From the NCBI GenBank assembly GCA_949915905.1, contig CATLEQ010000001.1, positions 1 through 48,061 of the forward strand: 48,061 nucleotides of DNA, in the 5' to 3' direction. The notes beneath the pieces are model-generated. The model worked only from the letters and a program-made list of their open reading frames with translations, made no database searches and had not been told where the DNA came from. Positions 29,688 through 38,460 of this stretch are shown here, piece after piece. The position numbers were made by a program, and so were the translations under genes. Source of the stretch: an uncultured Lachnospiraceae bacterium. Lineage in GTDB: Bacteria > Bacillota > Clostridia > Lachnospirales > Lachnospiraceae. Each line of letters opens with the position of its first letter. Positions within the stretch are counted from its first letter, which is position 1.

Positions 29688-30463
29688 TCTTTCGCCCGGT
29701 ATCCTCTTAGTGAAGAGAGGTACGTCGCCTTTTCCAGTAACAAGCCTAGCAGTTCTTTTTGCCGTTCGCCCGAGAAGCGGGTCTCGGGGACGACGATGTT
29801 CATGGAGGCGGTAATGTTTCCGCTGCCGTTTCTGACGGGTACGGCGATGCTGCATACCCCGTCTTCATATTCGCCCTTGTTGAAGGCGTAGCCTTGTTCC
29901 GCGACTTGGTGGATTTCTTTTAGGAAGGCGTCTTCCTCCATGATGGTCGTGTCCGTGTAGCGGGCGTGGCATTCCTGAAAGATGCGCTTAAGGGAAGTGT
30001 CGTCAAATTCGCATATCAGGCATTTCCCGGCACTGGACGCGATGACGGGGATGGTCGCCCCGATGGGAAAGTCAACGCGTATGGTGTGCACGGAGGACAC
30101 GACTTTCGACGCGAGGATGACGTGCGTCATGCTCTTTAACAAGTGCAGGTTGATTAACTCCCCGCATTCATGTTCCATCTCGTTCGCGACCAGTAAAAAG
30201 TCGCTGGTTAATTTGCTTTCCAGTTCGATTTGGGAACCGAGGAAGGCCAGCTTGCTTGTCAGGTAATATTTCCCGGAGAGGTCTCGTTCCACCCACCCGT
30301 TGGAAATCAAGGTCTGCAGGATGGGGTGCACGGTTCCTTTGTTATAATGCAGGGCGTTGGCGATTTCCGTCACGCCGCAACCTTCTTTGATATGCCTTGC
30401 CATATGTTCGATTATTTTCAACGTCTTGTCTGCCGCGGGAACGAGCCTTACGTCTGAATTCAT
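29681..30463 (-). CDS. IclR-family regulator, divergent from the phl-like operon
   Basis: VPAADKTLKI..GVTEIA...KGTVHPILQTL HTH; SSAGK, GYAFNKGE, SIAVPV; alternative start 30475. Confidence 0.92.
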   Translation of the reverse strand: MNSDVRLVPAADKTLKIIEHMARHIKEGCGVTEIANALHYNKGTVHPILQTLISNGWVERDLSGKYYLTSKLAFLGSQIELESKLTSDFLLVANEMEHECGELINLHLLKSMTHVILASKVVSSVHTIRVDFPIGATIPVIASSAGKCLICEFDDTSLKRIFQECHARYTDTTIMEEDAFLKEIHQVAEQGYAFNKGEYEDGVCSIAVPVRNGSGNITASMNIVVPETRFSGERQKELLGLLLEKATYLSSLRGYRAKEE

Positions 30464-30604
30464 TTTTAGACCCAACCTTTCGTGTAATGTTTTTGCTTAC
30501 CATGCCTCAATGCAATTTTCGTTTTATATAGAAAACAGTATAACACGATTTGCACAAAATACAATAGGGAAAATGGGGCAAATGGCTGAAAAAAATCTTG
30601 GATA

Positions 30605-30661
30605 TTGACTTTTTTACCGTGAAATTGTACTATGTATAAAACGATATACGTAAAACGTTTT
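30605..30661 (+). promoter_or_regulatory. Promoter and candidate operator for the phl-like operon
   Basis: TTGACT-17-TACTAT (30605-30633), then repeated AAAACG and the palindrome AAAACGTTTT near the start site. Confidence 0.55.
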
Positions 30662-30777
30662 GAATAACGAACAAAAGTGCTTTTGTAAGAGAAATGAAAC
30701 GCTGGCGGCGGACAAAGGAGTGAAAGCATGGCTCTGGCTCGTTGTTTGCGGGAATAAAAAAGAAGGAGACATGGGTG

Positions 30778-31869
30778 ATGAATGAGAAGCAAGTAGGAAT
30801 TGTAAGCTACGGCGTGGAACTGCCATATTACCGGCTGGCCGTGGACGAAATCGTCGAACTGTGGATGAACAGTTCCCTGGACATGATTAAAAAATCCCAG
30901 GGGGTGTTAGAGCGAAGCGTCCTTGACACGGACGAGGACGCGAACACGCTGGCAGTCGCGGCGGCGCGGGAGGCATTTCGCAGGGTTCCTGACGCGGAAG
31001 GCGTGGACGCGTTATATTATGGGACGTGTACGAATCCATATGATTCAAGGCCCTCCAGTACGATGGTGCTCGAGGCGTTGGGACTGCCCTATCAGACGAA
31101 ATGCTGTGACCTGCAGTTTTCCATGAAGTCGGGTACGGCCGCTTTGATGAACGCGTACGCGATGGTGAAGGCCGGGCTGTCGAATCGGGCGCTGGCAATC
31201 GGAGTGGACACGATTAACCGCCACACGGCACCGGGCGACCTGGTGGAGCCATATGCCGGCGCGGGAGCGGGAGCGATGGTACTTGGCACGGACAAGGTGC
31301 TGGCCACGGTGGACGCGATGGAATCGTATTCGAGCGACTTGTCCGACGGATTCCGCGTGGAGGGCGAGCGTTATTTAAGGACCGGCATGCTGCTCGGGTC
31401 GGCGAAGAACGAGGTGGGCGTGGATGCGCACGTGTTGGGCGCGGCGAGTGCGTTATTTGAAAGAACCGGTTATCAACCTTCTGATTTTCAATTTGCCGTG
31501 TTCCAACAGACGACGCCGGGGTTCGTCCGTCACCAGGCAAAACTCCTGGGCTTTGTGAAGGATCAGTATGCGCCGTCGATTATCGCGGATTACGTGGGGG
31601 ACACGGGTTCCGCCTCGCCGCTTGTCGGTTTGTCCAAGGTGCTTGACGTGGCACGGGCGAATGACAAGATTTTCCTTGCAGGTTATGGATACGGGGCGGG
31701 CGCGGACGTGTTCGTGCTGACCGTGACGGAAGAGCTGGAAAAGGCGCGCGGCAAGGTAAAAACGGTGGAGGAGCACATTTCGCGGAAACAGATGGTAGAT
31801 TACAAGCAGGCGATGAAGATGGAGTTCAAGTACCTCCGTCATGATTATCCGCTGAACGCGTACCTATAA
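30778..31869 (+). CDS. phlA: PhlA-like subunit (HMG-CoA synthase/KAS III fold without catalytic Cys)
   Basis: GIVSYG, GTCTNPYDSR, DLQFSMKSGT (no Cys), DTINRHTAPGDL, EFKYLR..Y.L.AYL end; matches Pseudomonas PhlA as recalled. Confidence 0.85.
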   Translation: MNEKQVGIVSYGVELPYYRLAVDEIVELWMNSSLDMIKKSQGVLERSVLDTDEDANTLAVAAAREAFRRVPDAEGVDALYYGTCTNPYDSRPSSTMVLEALGLPYQTKCCDLQFSMKSGTAALMNAYAMVKAGLSNRALAIGVDTINRHTAPGDLVEPYAGAGAGAMVLGTDKVLATVDAMESYSSDLSDGFRVEGERYLRTGMLLGSAKNEVGVDAHVLGAASALFERTGYQPSDFQFAVFQQTTPGFVRHQAKLLGFVKDQYAPSIIADYVGDTGSASPLVGLSKVLDVARANDKIFLAGYGYGAGADVFVLTVTEELEKARGKVKTVEEHISRKQMVDYKQAMKMEFKYLRHDYPLNAYL

Positions 31870-31883
31870 GGAGGGAACAAGAG

Positions 31884-33107
31884 ATGGCAAAATACGAACA
31901 TAAGGTGGCAATCGTGGGCATTGGTTCCACGGCGGCTCCGGGAAGGATTTACCCGACGAAAACTTGGAAGGACATTGTTTGTGACGCGGCCTACGAGGCA
32001 ATCGAGGACGCGGGGATGGTGCCGAGGGACATTGACGGCGCGGTCATTGCCTATCACGGCGAGGGAGTCAACGAGCAAGGTGGGATTGGCGGTAGCGTGG
32101 CCGACTTGCTTGGCATCGCGCCGGCACCGGTGTTTCCACACTCAATGAATTGTTCCGGCGGCTCTGTCGCCCTGAACACGGGATGGGACATGATTGCCTC
32201 CGGAAAATATAAGAGGGTACTGGTCATGGGATTTGACAAGGAAGGGGACAATATCGGCTACACGGAAAATATCAACATTTCCTTTGACACGGAGTATGAT
32301 TACGTGTTTGGTTTCCGGCACAGGGACGGATTTGAATTGATGAGCAATTATTATATGTCGCATTATGGATATGAAGGATGGGAGGCATACGGAGCGCAGG
32401 CATATCAATGCCACTGGTACGGACGGCGCAATCCCAAGGCGACGCTTTACGGCACGCCGATGCCGGAACGGGATTCCCTAAACCATAGTGGCAGTTGTTT
32501 TTCCATCATGGGCGAGGGCTGCGGGGCGGTCGTTTTGGTGGCGGCGGACGAGGCAAAAAACTACCCTCATAAGCCGGTTTATATTGACGGAATCAGCCTG
32601 GGCGTGACCTCACATTACATCGCGCACAGAATCGGGGAGCCGCCCATGGGTCCGGCCTTTCCGGAGGGGCTGGTAAAGGAGGAGACTTACGGGCAGTCGG
32701 TGGCTTTGATTGCGGCGGCGAGAAAGGCATATGAAATGGCGGAAATCGAGGCGAAGGACATTGACCTTGCCCAAGTGTATGATTTGACGGGGGCGGCATT
32801 TTGGCAGATTGACGCGCTTGGAATCACGGAGTTTGGAGAGGGCGGCCGACATTTCCTAAACGGCGACGCGGCAATTGACGGGAAGTGTCCGATTAACACG
32901 AGCGGCGGTCTGATTTCTTATGGGCACGCGTCGGGCGCGGACGGCTTGAACCAGGTGGTGGAAAATGTGATCCAACTTCGCGGGGAGGCCGGGGAACGGC
33001 AGGTAAAGGACGCGAAATGCGCGGTGGCGGCATGCACGGGGAGCGCGTTCGCGCACATGACCTGCACGGTCACGACGAATGACGAGTTTGAGCGTGGAAG
33101 GTTATAA
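31884..33107 (+). CDS. phlC: PhlC-like thiolase-fold acyltransferase catalytic subunit
   Basis: YHGEG, N89-C90, EYDY..G..H146..F150, AQVYDL, GHASGADG, C-terminal AFAH. Confidence 0.85.
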   Translation: MAKYEHKVAIVGIGSTAAPGRIYPTKTWKDIVCDAAYEAIEDAGMVPRDIDGAVIAYHGEGVNEQGGIGGSVADLLGIAPAPVFPHSMNCSGGSVALNTGWDMIASGKYKRVLVMGFDKEGDNIGYTENINISFDTEYDYVFGFRHRDGFELMSNYYMSHYGYEGWEAYGAQAYQCHWYGRRNPKATLYGTPMPERDSLNHSGSCFSIMGEGCGAVVLVAADEAKNYPHKPVYIDGISLGVTSHYIAHRIGEPPMGPAFPEGLVKEETYGQSVALIAAARKAYEMAEIEAKDIDLAQVYDLTGAAFWQIDALGITEFGEGGRHFLNGDAAIDGKCPINTSGGLISYGHASGADGLNQVVENVIQLRGEAGERQVKDAKCAVAACTGSAFAHMTCTVTTNDEFERGRL

Positions 33108-33213
33108 GCAAGTAGCGAAGCGGATTGCGAATATCCGCTTGATAAGGACGTTCATGGAGGAACGAAAAGGTCGTGAATGTCCGCTTTACGAAATAGAAAG
33201 GAAGGTGTATGGC

Positions 33214-33654
33214 ATGAGTCAATTTCAGGAACAGATTTACCGTCACACGACGGCCAGCGCGACACGAAGCTGGCGGGAGAGGAAAGGACGTTATTTATTA
33301 GAAGGAACCCGTTGTAAAAATTGCGGTGCGATTCATTTCCCGCGCAGGACGGCGTGTGCGGAATGCAACAGCCGCGATTTGGAGCCATATCGGCATCCGT
33401 TTACGGGTACGATAGTGGAGGCGAACATTTGCTGGCAGGCGACGGGAGTGCATATTGGATATGGGGAGAGGATTCCCCGCGTCTCGACGGTGATTCGATT
33501 GGATGACGGCGTTTGCGTTTTGGCGGAAGTGACCGAGACCCCGGTGGAGAAAATCGTTCCGGGGGCGAGGGTCATGATGGTAACGAAGAAACTACACAGA
33601 GAGAGCAACTCCACCTGGATGTATGGCTATAAATTCGTGGTGGTGGATGAATAA
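33214..33654 (+). CDS. phlB: PhlB-like Zn-ribbon/OB-fold (DUF35) subunit
   Basis: EQIYRHTTAS..RSWRE..GRY.LEG.RCKNC...FPRRTACAEC, C-terminal YGYKFV; AAGGAAGG RBS. Confidence 0.85.
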   Translation: MSQFQEQIYRHTTASATRSWRERKGRYLLEGTRCKNCGAIHFPRRTACAECNSRDLEPYRHPFTGTIVEANICWQATGVHIGYGERIPRVSTVIRLDDGVCVLAEVTETPVEKIVPGARVMMVTKKLHRESNSTWMYGYKFVVVDE

Positions 33655-33676
33655 ATGAATAAGGATGGGAGACGGT

Positions 33677-35101
33677 ATGAAAACTATAGATAAGAAAAAA
33701 ATAATAGGGGCGGTTTTAGCGGTTGCATTCATCGTGGTGTTTGCCTTGATACCGGGCGATGAGAATGCGCTGACGCACGAGGCGTACGGGGCGATTGGCA
33801 TTTTCCTGGCGGCAATCGTGATGTGGATGCTCGAAGTGCTGCCAATGTCACTGGTGGGAAGCCTGGCAATCATTTTGATGCCCATCGTGGGAGTCATGGA
33901 TTTTAAGACGGCCATCGCCAATTTCAGCGTGTCCTCGGTATTCTTCATTTTCGGTTCGTTTGGCATCACCACGGCGATGAAGAATTCGACGATTCCGTTG
34001 CGCATCACGAATCTGGTCTTGAAATTGTCGAAGGGAAAGACGGGCACGATCATCCTTTTGATGACCCTTGCGACAGGGCTGGTATCTTCCTTCATGTCGT
34101 CCACGGCCACGGCAATCATGTTCTACACGTTTTCCAAGGGACTGTTGGACATGCTTGGTGCGGATCCGAAGGCAAAGGGTACGGATTTGAACAAGCTGGG
34201 AAAGGCGTTGGGGCTTTCCGCGCCGGTGGCGGCGGGAATCGGTGGGTTCATCACGCCTGCGGGCACGCCGGGAAATATCATCATCATGGATTTATTGGCG
34301 CAGCTTGGCACCGAAGTCACGTTCGCGCAGTGGACGATTATCGCCGCGCCCCTGGGCATTATCGCCTTGCTCGTCGTCGGCGTGTGGTTGGGAATCGCGT
34401 TTAAGACGGCTCCTCTCACGCAGGAGCAAATGGGCGTCGTCTCGTCGAATTTTCAATCGGTGGGAAACCTGACGGCGAAGGAAATGAAGGCGATATGCGT
34501 TATCGTTTTGATGATCGTGGCATGGTTTTCCGGAACCTGGATTCCGATTCTAAACACGGGAACCGTGGCAATTCTTGGATTGACTTTGATGTTTTTTCCG
34601 GGGATCGACGTGTTGAACTGGGAAGAATTTAAACCGGAGGCAAACATCAACATCGTGCTGATGATGGGGACGGCACCCGCGGTCAGCAGCGCGCTTACGG
34701 CGACCGGGGCACTCGCCTATATCATTACGGCGGTATTTTCGGGCGGCGTGTTCTCAGCCATGAACGGACTTTTGTTACTTTTTATTATTTCGACCCTGGT
34801 ATGCGTGTTGCGGGCTTTTGTTCCGACACCGGCGGCGGTGGCTTCCCTGTTCATTCCGTTGATGTACACGATTTCCGGCCTCGTCGGCATGAACCCGGTC
34901 GTGCTCTGCATGATTCCGGCATTTTGGGGGCCGGCGGCGATGCTATTGATTTATACGGAACCGATTTTCTTATATTCTTATGGCGACGGCTACTATTCGG
35001 AGACGGATTTGCTTCGGGGCGGCGGGGTTCCCTCGCTCATCATGGTGGTGGTCACGGCGATTCTGATGATGCCGCTGGTTTCACTGGCGGGATTGGGATG
35101 A
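33677..35101 (+). CDS. SLC13/DASS-family anion transporter
   Basis: WMLEVLP, SSFMSSTAT, GGFITPAGTPGN; many TM helices; alternative start 33665. Confidence 0.85.
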   Translation: MKTIDKKKIIGAVLAVAFIVVFALIPGDENALTHEAYGAIGIFLAAIVMWMLEVLPMSLVGSLAIILMPIVGVMDFKTAIANFSVSSVFFIFGSFGITTAMKNSTIPLRITNLVLKLSKGKTGTIILLMTLATGLVSSFMSSTATAIMFYTFSKGLLDMLGADPKAKGTDLNKLGKALGLSAPVAAGIGGFITPAGTPGNIIIMDLLAQLGTEVTFAQWTIIAAPLGIIALLVVGVWLGIAFKTAPLTQEQMGVVSSNFQSVGNLTAKEMKAICVIVLMIVAWFSGTWIPILNTGTVAILGLTLMFFPGIDVLNWEEFKPEANINIVLMMGTAPAVSSALTATGALAYIITAVFSGGVFSAMNGLLLLFIISTLVCVLRAFVPTPAAVASLFIPLMYTISGLVGMNPVVLCMIPAFWGPAAMLLIYTEPIFLYSYGDGYYSETDLLRGGGVPSLIMVVVTAILMMPLVSLAGLG

Positions 35102-35182
35102 CGCTGTTTTAGAAGTCAAAGGCCATGCGCTTCATGCCTGCGGCGTAAACCGCGCCGGGGCGTGAAGGGGCAAGGCTCAGGA

Positions 35183-36565
35183 ATGGGGTGTGTGAGTGTG
35201 AAAACAAGAGAAACAAAGCAATCGTTTGTGGAGAATTTGTCTGGATTTTGTAATAAGTATATACCCAGTTCCTTTTCGATGGTGTTGCTTATCACGGTCA
35301 TATCCGTCGTCATGGCATTATTTTTGACGGATAGTACGCTCATGTCAATCGGGCAGAATTGGTATGACGGCTTTTGGAGCATGCTGACGTTCAGTTTCCA
35401 AATCTGCATGTTGATGTTCACCGGCTTTTTGGTGGGTGACTCCAGGCCCGTCAAAAAGCTCATGCAAAAAATTGCCAAGGTGCCAAAAAGCGCGACGCAG
35501 GCCCTGCTTTTTTATTGGCTGATCGTTGGATTTCTTGGTTATCTGCACTTTGCAATTTCCATGGCGGCGGCGATGCTGTTGGGAAGGGCGTTGATTGTCG
35601 AGCAGGACAAAAAGGGAAATAAGATGCCGTACCATTTTCTGGTGGCATTGGGGTATGGCGCGTTAATCCTTCAGGCGGGGCCGACGGCCGGGTCGCCCCT
35701 GGTCATGGCTTCGCGGTATAATTTCATGGCGGACGTGGTGGGCGTGATTCCTTTGACAAAGTCTATGTTGACCGCGCCGGTCATCCTAATGAATTTGTGC
35801 ATTTATTTTACGGTTTGTGTTTTAATCGTGTTTTTAACGCCGAGATTGAAAAATACGATTTCCGAGGAACAACTCTCGCGTATCAAAAAAGACTTTTTGG
35901 CGGCGGATGAAAATGCCGTTTCGGAGGAAGGCCGCTCTTTCGCCTGGTTGATGGATCATACCCGGATCTTTCAGATGTCGATGGGCATGGTCGGCCTGCT
36001 TATTTGCATCATAAGGGTGGTTGGAAATTTCTCGGTGGAATTTAATTTTAACGCCATCAATTTTCTGTTCCTGATGCTGGCACTGCTGTTTCACGGCACG
36101 CCGGACGCCATACTGGCTTCCACGGGACGAGCCGTCAAAAATTTGAGCGGGGTGATTTTTCAATATCCGTTTTACGCAGGCGTGTTTGGAATCTTGAATT
36201 ATTCGGGGCTTGGAGGCGTGCTGACGCAGGCGTTCGTATCCATCTCGTCGAAGCGGACGTTTACCTTTTTGATTTTTGTTTTTACGGCTCTTTTAAATTT
36301 TTTGGTGCCGTCGGGCGGCTCGCAATACATGGTGGAGGCACCTTACATCATGCCTGCGGCATTGCAGCTTCAAGTTCCGGCCAACTGGGTGCTAAACGCG
36401 TTTACTTGTGGGGATTTGTTGACGAACTTGCTGCAGCCGTTTTGGGCGTTGCCGCTCATCGTGGCCTTCCAGGTGAAATATAAAGACGTGTTTCCGTACT
36501 CGCTGATGATTTTTGCGATATCGGCGGTTTACATGGGGCTGTTTTTCTTGTGCTGGATGTATTGA
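35183..36565 (+). CDS. AtoE-like short-chain fatty acid transporter
   Basis: IPSSF, WYDGFWSML.FSFQ, FQYPFYAG, VPSGGSQ, GD.LTNLLQPFWALP; start uncertain (35162-35198). Confidence 0.85.
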   Translation: MGCVSVKTRETKQSFVENLSGFCNKYIPSSFSMVLLITVISVVMALFLTDSTLMSIGQNWYDGFWSMLTFSFQICMLMFTGFLVGDSRPVKKLMQKIAKVPKSATQALLFYWLIVGFLGYLHFAISMAAAMLLGRALIVEQDKKGNKMPYHFLVALGYGALILQAGPTAGSPLVMASRYNFMADVVGVIPLTKSMLTAPVILMNLCIYFTVCVLIVFLTPRLKNTISEEQLSRIKKDFLAADENAVSEEGRSFAWLMDHTRIFQMSMGMVGLLICIIRVVGNFSVEFNFNAINFLFLMLALLFHGTPDAILASTGRAVKNLSGVIFQYPFYAGVFGILNYSGLGGVLTQAFVSISSKRTFTFLIFVFTALLNFLVPSGGSQYMVEAPYIMPAALQLQVPANWVLNAFTCGDLLTNLLQPFWALPLIVAFQVKYKDVFPYSLMIFAISAVYMGLFFLCWMY

Positions 36566-36627
36566 GGAGTACACCGGCGTTATCATTTGGGGATGGCATT
36601 GATATATCGCCAGTCGGATGTAATATG

Positions 36628-36678
36628 GTCGAAAGTTTTGGGACGACGTGGTCGTTGAAAACTTTCGACTTTCTTTCT
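36628..36678 (+). terminator. Terminator closing the phl-like operon
   Basis: GTCGAAAGTTTT...AAAACTTTCGAC 12-bp stem followed by TTTCTTTCT. Confidence 0.75.
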
Positions 36679-36882
36679 ATGGGGGTGTATGTAAATTGAT
36701 TTTATTGCTGTTATATGCGAGGAAAAACTTGAAGAACGCATTTTTGAACTTTGAGTTCAATGACAAAAAGTAAAAAGAGGATTAAAATATAGGTTAATAA
36801 ATGAAGTAAGGAAAAAATGTGATTTGTGAGATTGTAAAATATTGTATTTAGCACTATAATAAAGGAAGGTAGTTGGTAGATT

Positions 36883-37281
36883 ATGAAGCAAATGATAAAA
36901 ATCCCTATTAGTATTTTGGGCGCGGGTTCGGTAGTATATATTGATTATCCGTATGAAGATAAAAAAGGGTATAAAAGAAGGCCGGCTGTTATTTTATCAT
37001 ACGAAAAAGGAAAGACGAAAGTTGTTTTGTTAAAAGTAAGTAGTGTAGAAAAATATAAGGATTCTAAAAAATATCCATATGCATATAGAATTAAAGATTT
37101 AAAACAGAGTGGGTTGACGAAGATGTCCTATGTTTTGGCGGACAAGGAATTATTAGTGCCGGACGATACGCAGTGCGAAGGATTGGGAAGATTATCACTT
37201 GGTGATTTAAAGGCGGTCAATATACTACATAATCTGGCGGTATTGAAAAACAGACAAACGGCACAGAATTATGATGATTAG
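36883..37281 (+). CDS. PemK/MazF-like protein
   Basis: GSVVYIDYPYED..GYKRRPAVIL, SGL.K.S.V, LGRLS..D; TTGTAA-17-TATAAT promoter at 36832-36860. Confidence 0.75.
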   Translation: MKQMIKIPISILGAGSVVYIDYPYEDKKGYKRRPAVILSYEKGKTKVVLLKVSSVEKYKDSKKYPYAYRIKDLKQSGLTKMSYVLADKELLVPDDTQCEGLGRLSLGDLKAVNILHNLAVLKNRQTAQNYDD

Positions 37282-37293
37282 GGAGGGATTATT

Positions 37294-37518
37294 GTGATTA
37301 CGATTCCAAAAACGATTTCTACAGAATTTGTTAGAAGTTTGACTCCGACAGACGTAAGGGAAATACTTGAAAATGCATCGGATACCATTATCAATCAGGT
37401 AATTGCGCTTTTACCAATGCCGACACATGAAGATTATTTAGAGGCACATCAATTTTTAGATGATGGGATTTATGGTTCTGACGGAAAGATTATTGGGGAA
37501 AAGCATCCAGAAGATTGA
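37294..37518 (+). CDS. Small acidic hypothetical protein (possible antitoxin)
   Basis: GGGAGG RBS, 12 nt after the PemK-like stop, 74 aa, same AT-rich islet. Confidence 0.6.
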   Translation: MITIPKTISTEFVRSLTPTDVREILENASDTIINQVIALLPMPTHEDYLEAHQFLDDGIYGSDGKIIGEKHPED

Positions 37519-37565
37519 CGATAATTGTGTATTTTGAGGGCGATGTCAATCGGTGGGAATAAGGC

Positions 37566-38330
37566 ATGATGAAAATTGTAAGATTTGAACAAGACGGGGT
37601 GCGCGTGTTTTTACTTCATACAAATGAGCTTGTGGATGCGGGGACTTTTCAAGAATATTACGCGCGGATGTCCGACGTGAGGAGGTCAAAAATTGACCGT
37701 CAGCGTACGGGCAAGGGAAAAATGCTTTCGCTCGGGGCGGGGATTCTGCTGGATGAGGGTTTAAAGGAATATGGTTTTCAGGAGCGCGAGGTTCATGTCG
37801 CGACAAAGGAAAACGGGAAACCATATCTTTTGGATTATCCGGAGATTCATTTTAATTTGTCACATTCGTGGGAAATGGTGCTGGCGGTGTTTGCCGACAC
37901 GGAGGTTGGCTGCGACATTGAGTACGAGGGCGTATTAAAGCTGCAGATTGCAAGACGGTTTTTTTGCCCTTCGGAGTATGCGTATATCCTCAGCTTGCCG
38001 GAGGACGGGCGGGCGGAGGCGTTTTATCAGTTATGGACGTTGAAAGAGAGTTTCATGAAAGTGACGGGGCTGGGCATGAAGCTTATGCCGAATCAGTTTG
38101 AGTTTCGGCTTGAATCGCGGATAGGGCGAAAGGATGGAACGGGAAACGTGAAGGAGTGTGTGGGAAAGGGCGCAATTGAAAATGTGAAAGAAAATCAGGA
38201 GGAAGCTGGCGGGGCGGTTTTTAGATATACGAGGGAGGTGATGATACGCCAGGACGTGGATGACGCGAAGTACCGATTTATGGAATACTTTTCAGAGGGC
38301 TACCACATGGCGGTGTGCGTTAGGGAGTGA
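37566..38330 (+). CDS. Sfp-type 4'-phosphopantetheinyl transferase
   Basis: GKPYL, FNLSHS, VGCDIE, WTLKESFMK. Confidence 0.9.
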   Translation: MMKIVRFEQDGVRVFLLHTNELVDAGTFQEYYARMSDVRRSKIDRQRTGKGKMLSLGAGILLDEGLKEYGFQEREVHVATKENGKPYLLDYPEIHFNLSHSWEMVLAVFADTEVGCDIEYEGVLKLQIARRFFCPSEYAYILSLPEDGRAEAFYQLWTLKESFMKVTGLGMKLMPNQFEFRLESRIGRKDGTGNVKECVGKGAIENVKENQEEAGGAVFRYTREVMIRQDVDDAKYRFMEYFSEGYHMAVCVRE

Positions 38331-38460
38331 TTATTGTTCGCGGTAATGATAAACCGAAAAATGAAAAAACGGTCATTTTACCATTGACTGTTTTTTTTAT
38401 TTGAATTATACTGGTGTAACCGTCAGTTGGAAAGGTTTATCGAAAGGAAGTGTACGAGAG

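Noticed and set aside
30778-33654. Archaeal-type HMG-CoA synthase/thiolase/DUF35 mevalonate cluster
   Set aside because: The synthase-fold protein lacks the catalytic Cys (QFSMKSGT), motifs fit PhlA/C/B better, and no mevalonate genes are adjacent
35102-35180. GC-rich stem (CTTCATGCC...GGCGTGAAG) between the two transporter genes
   Set aside because: Single copy with no match to repeats A-C; at most an mRNA stability hairpin
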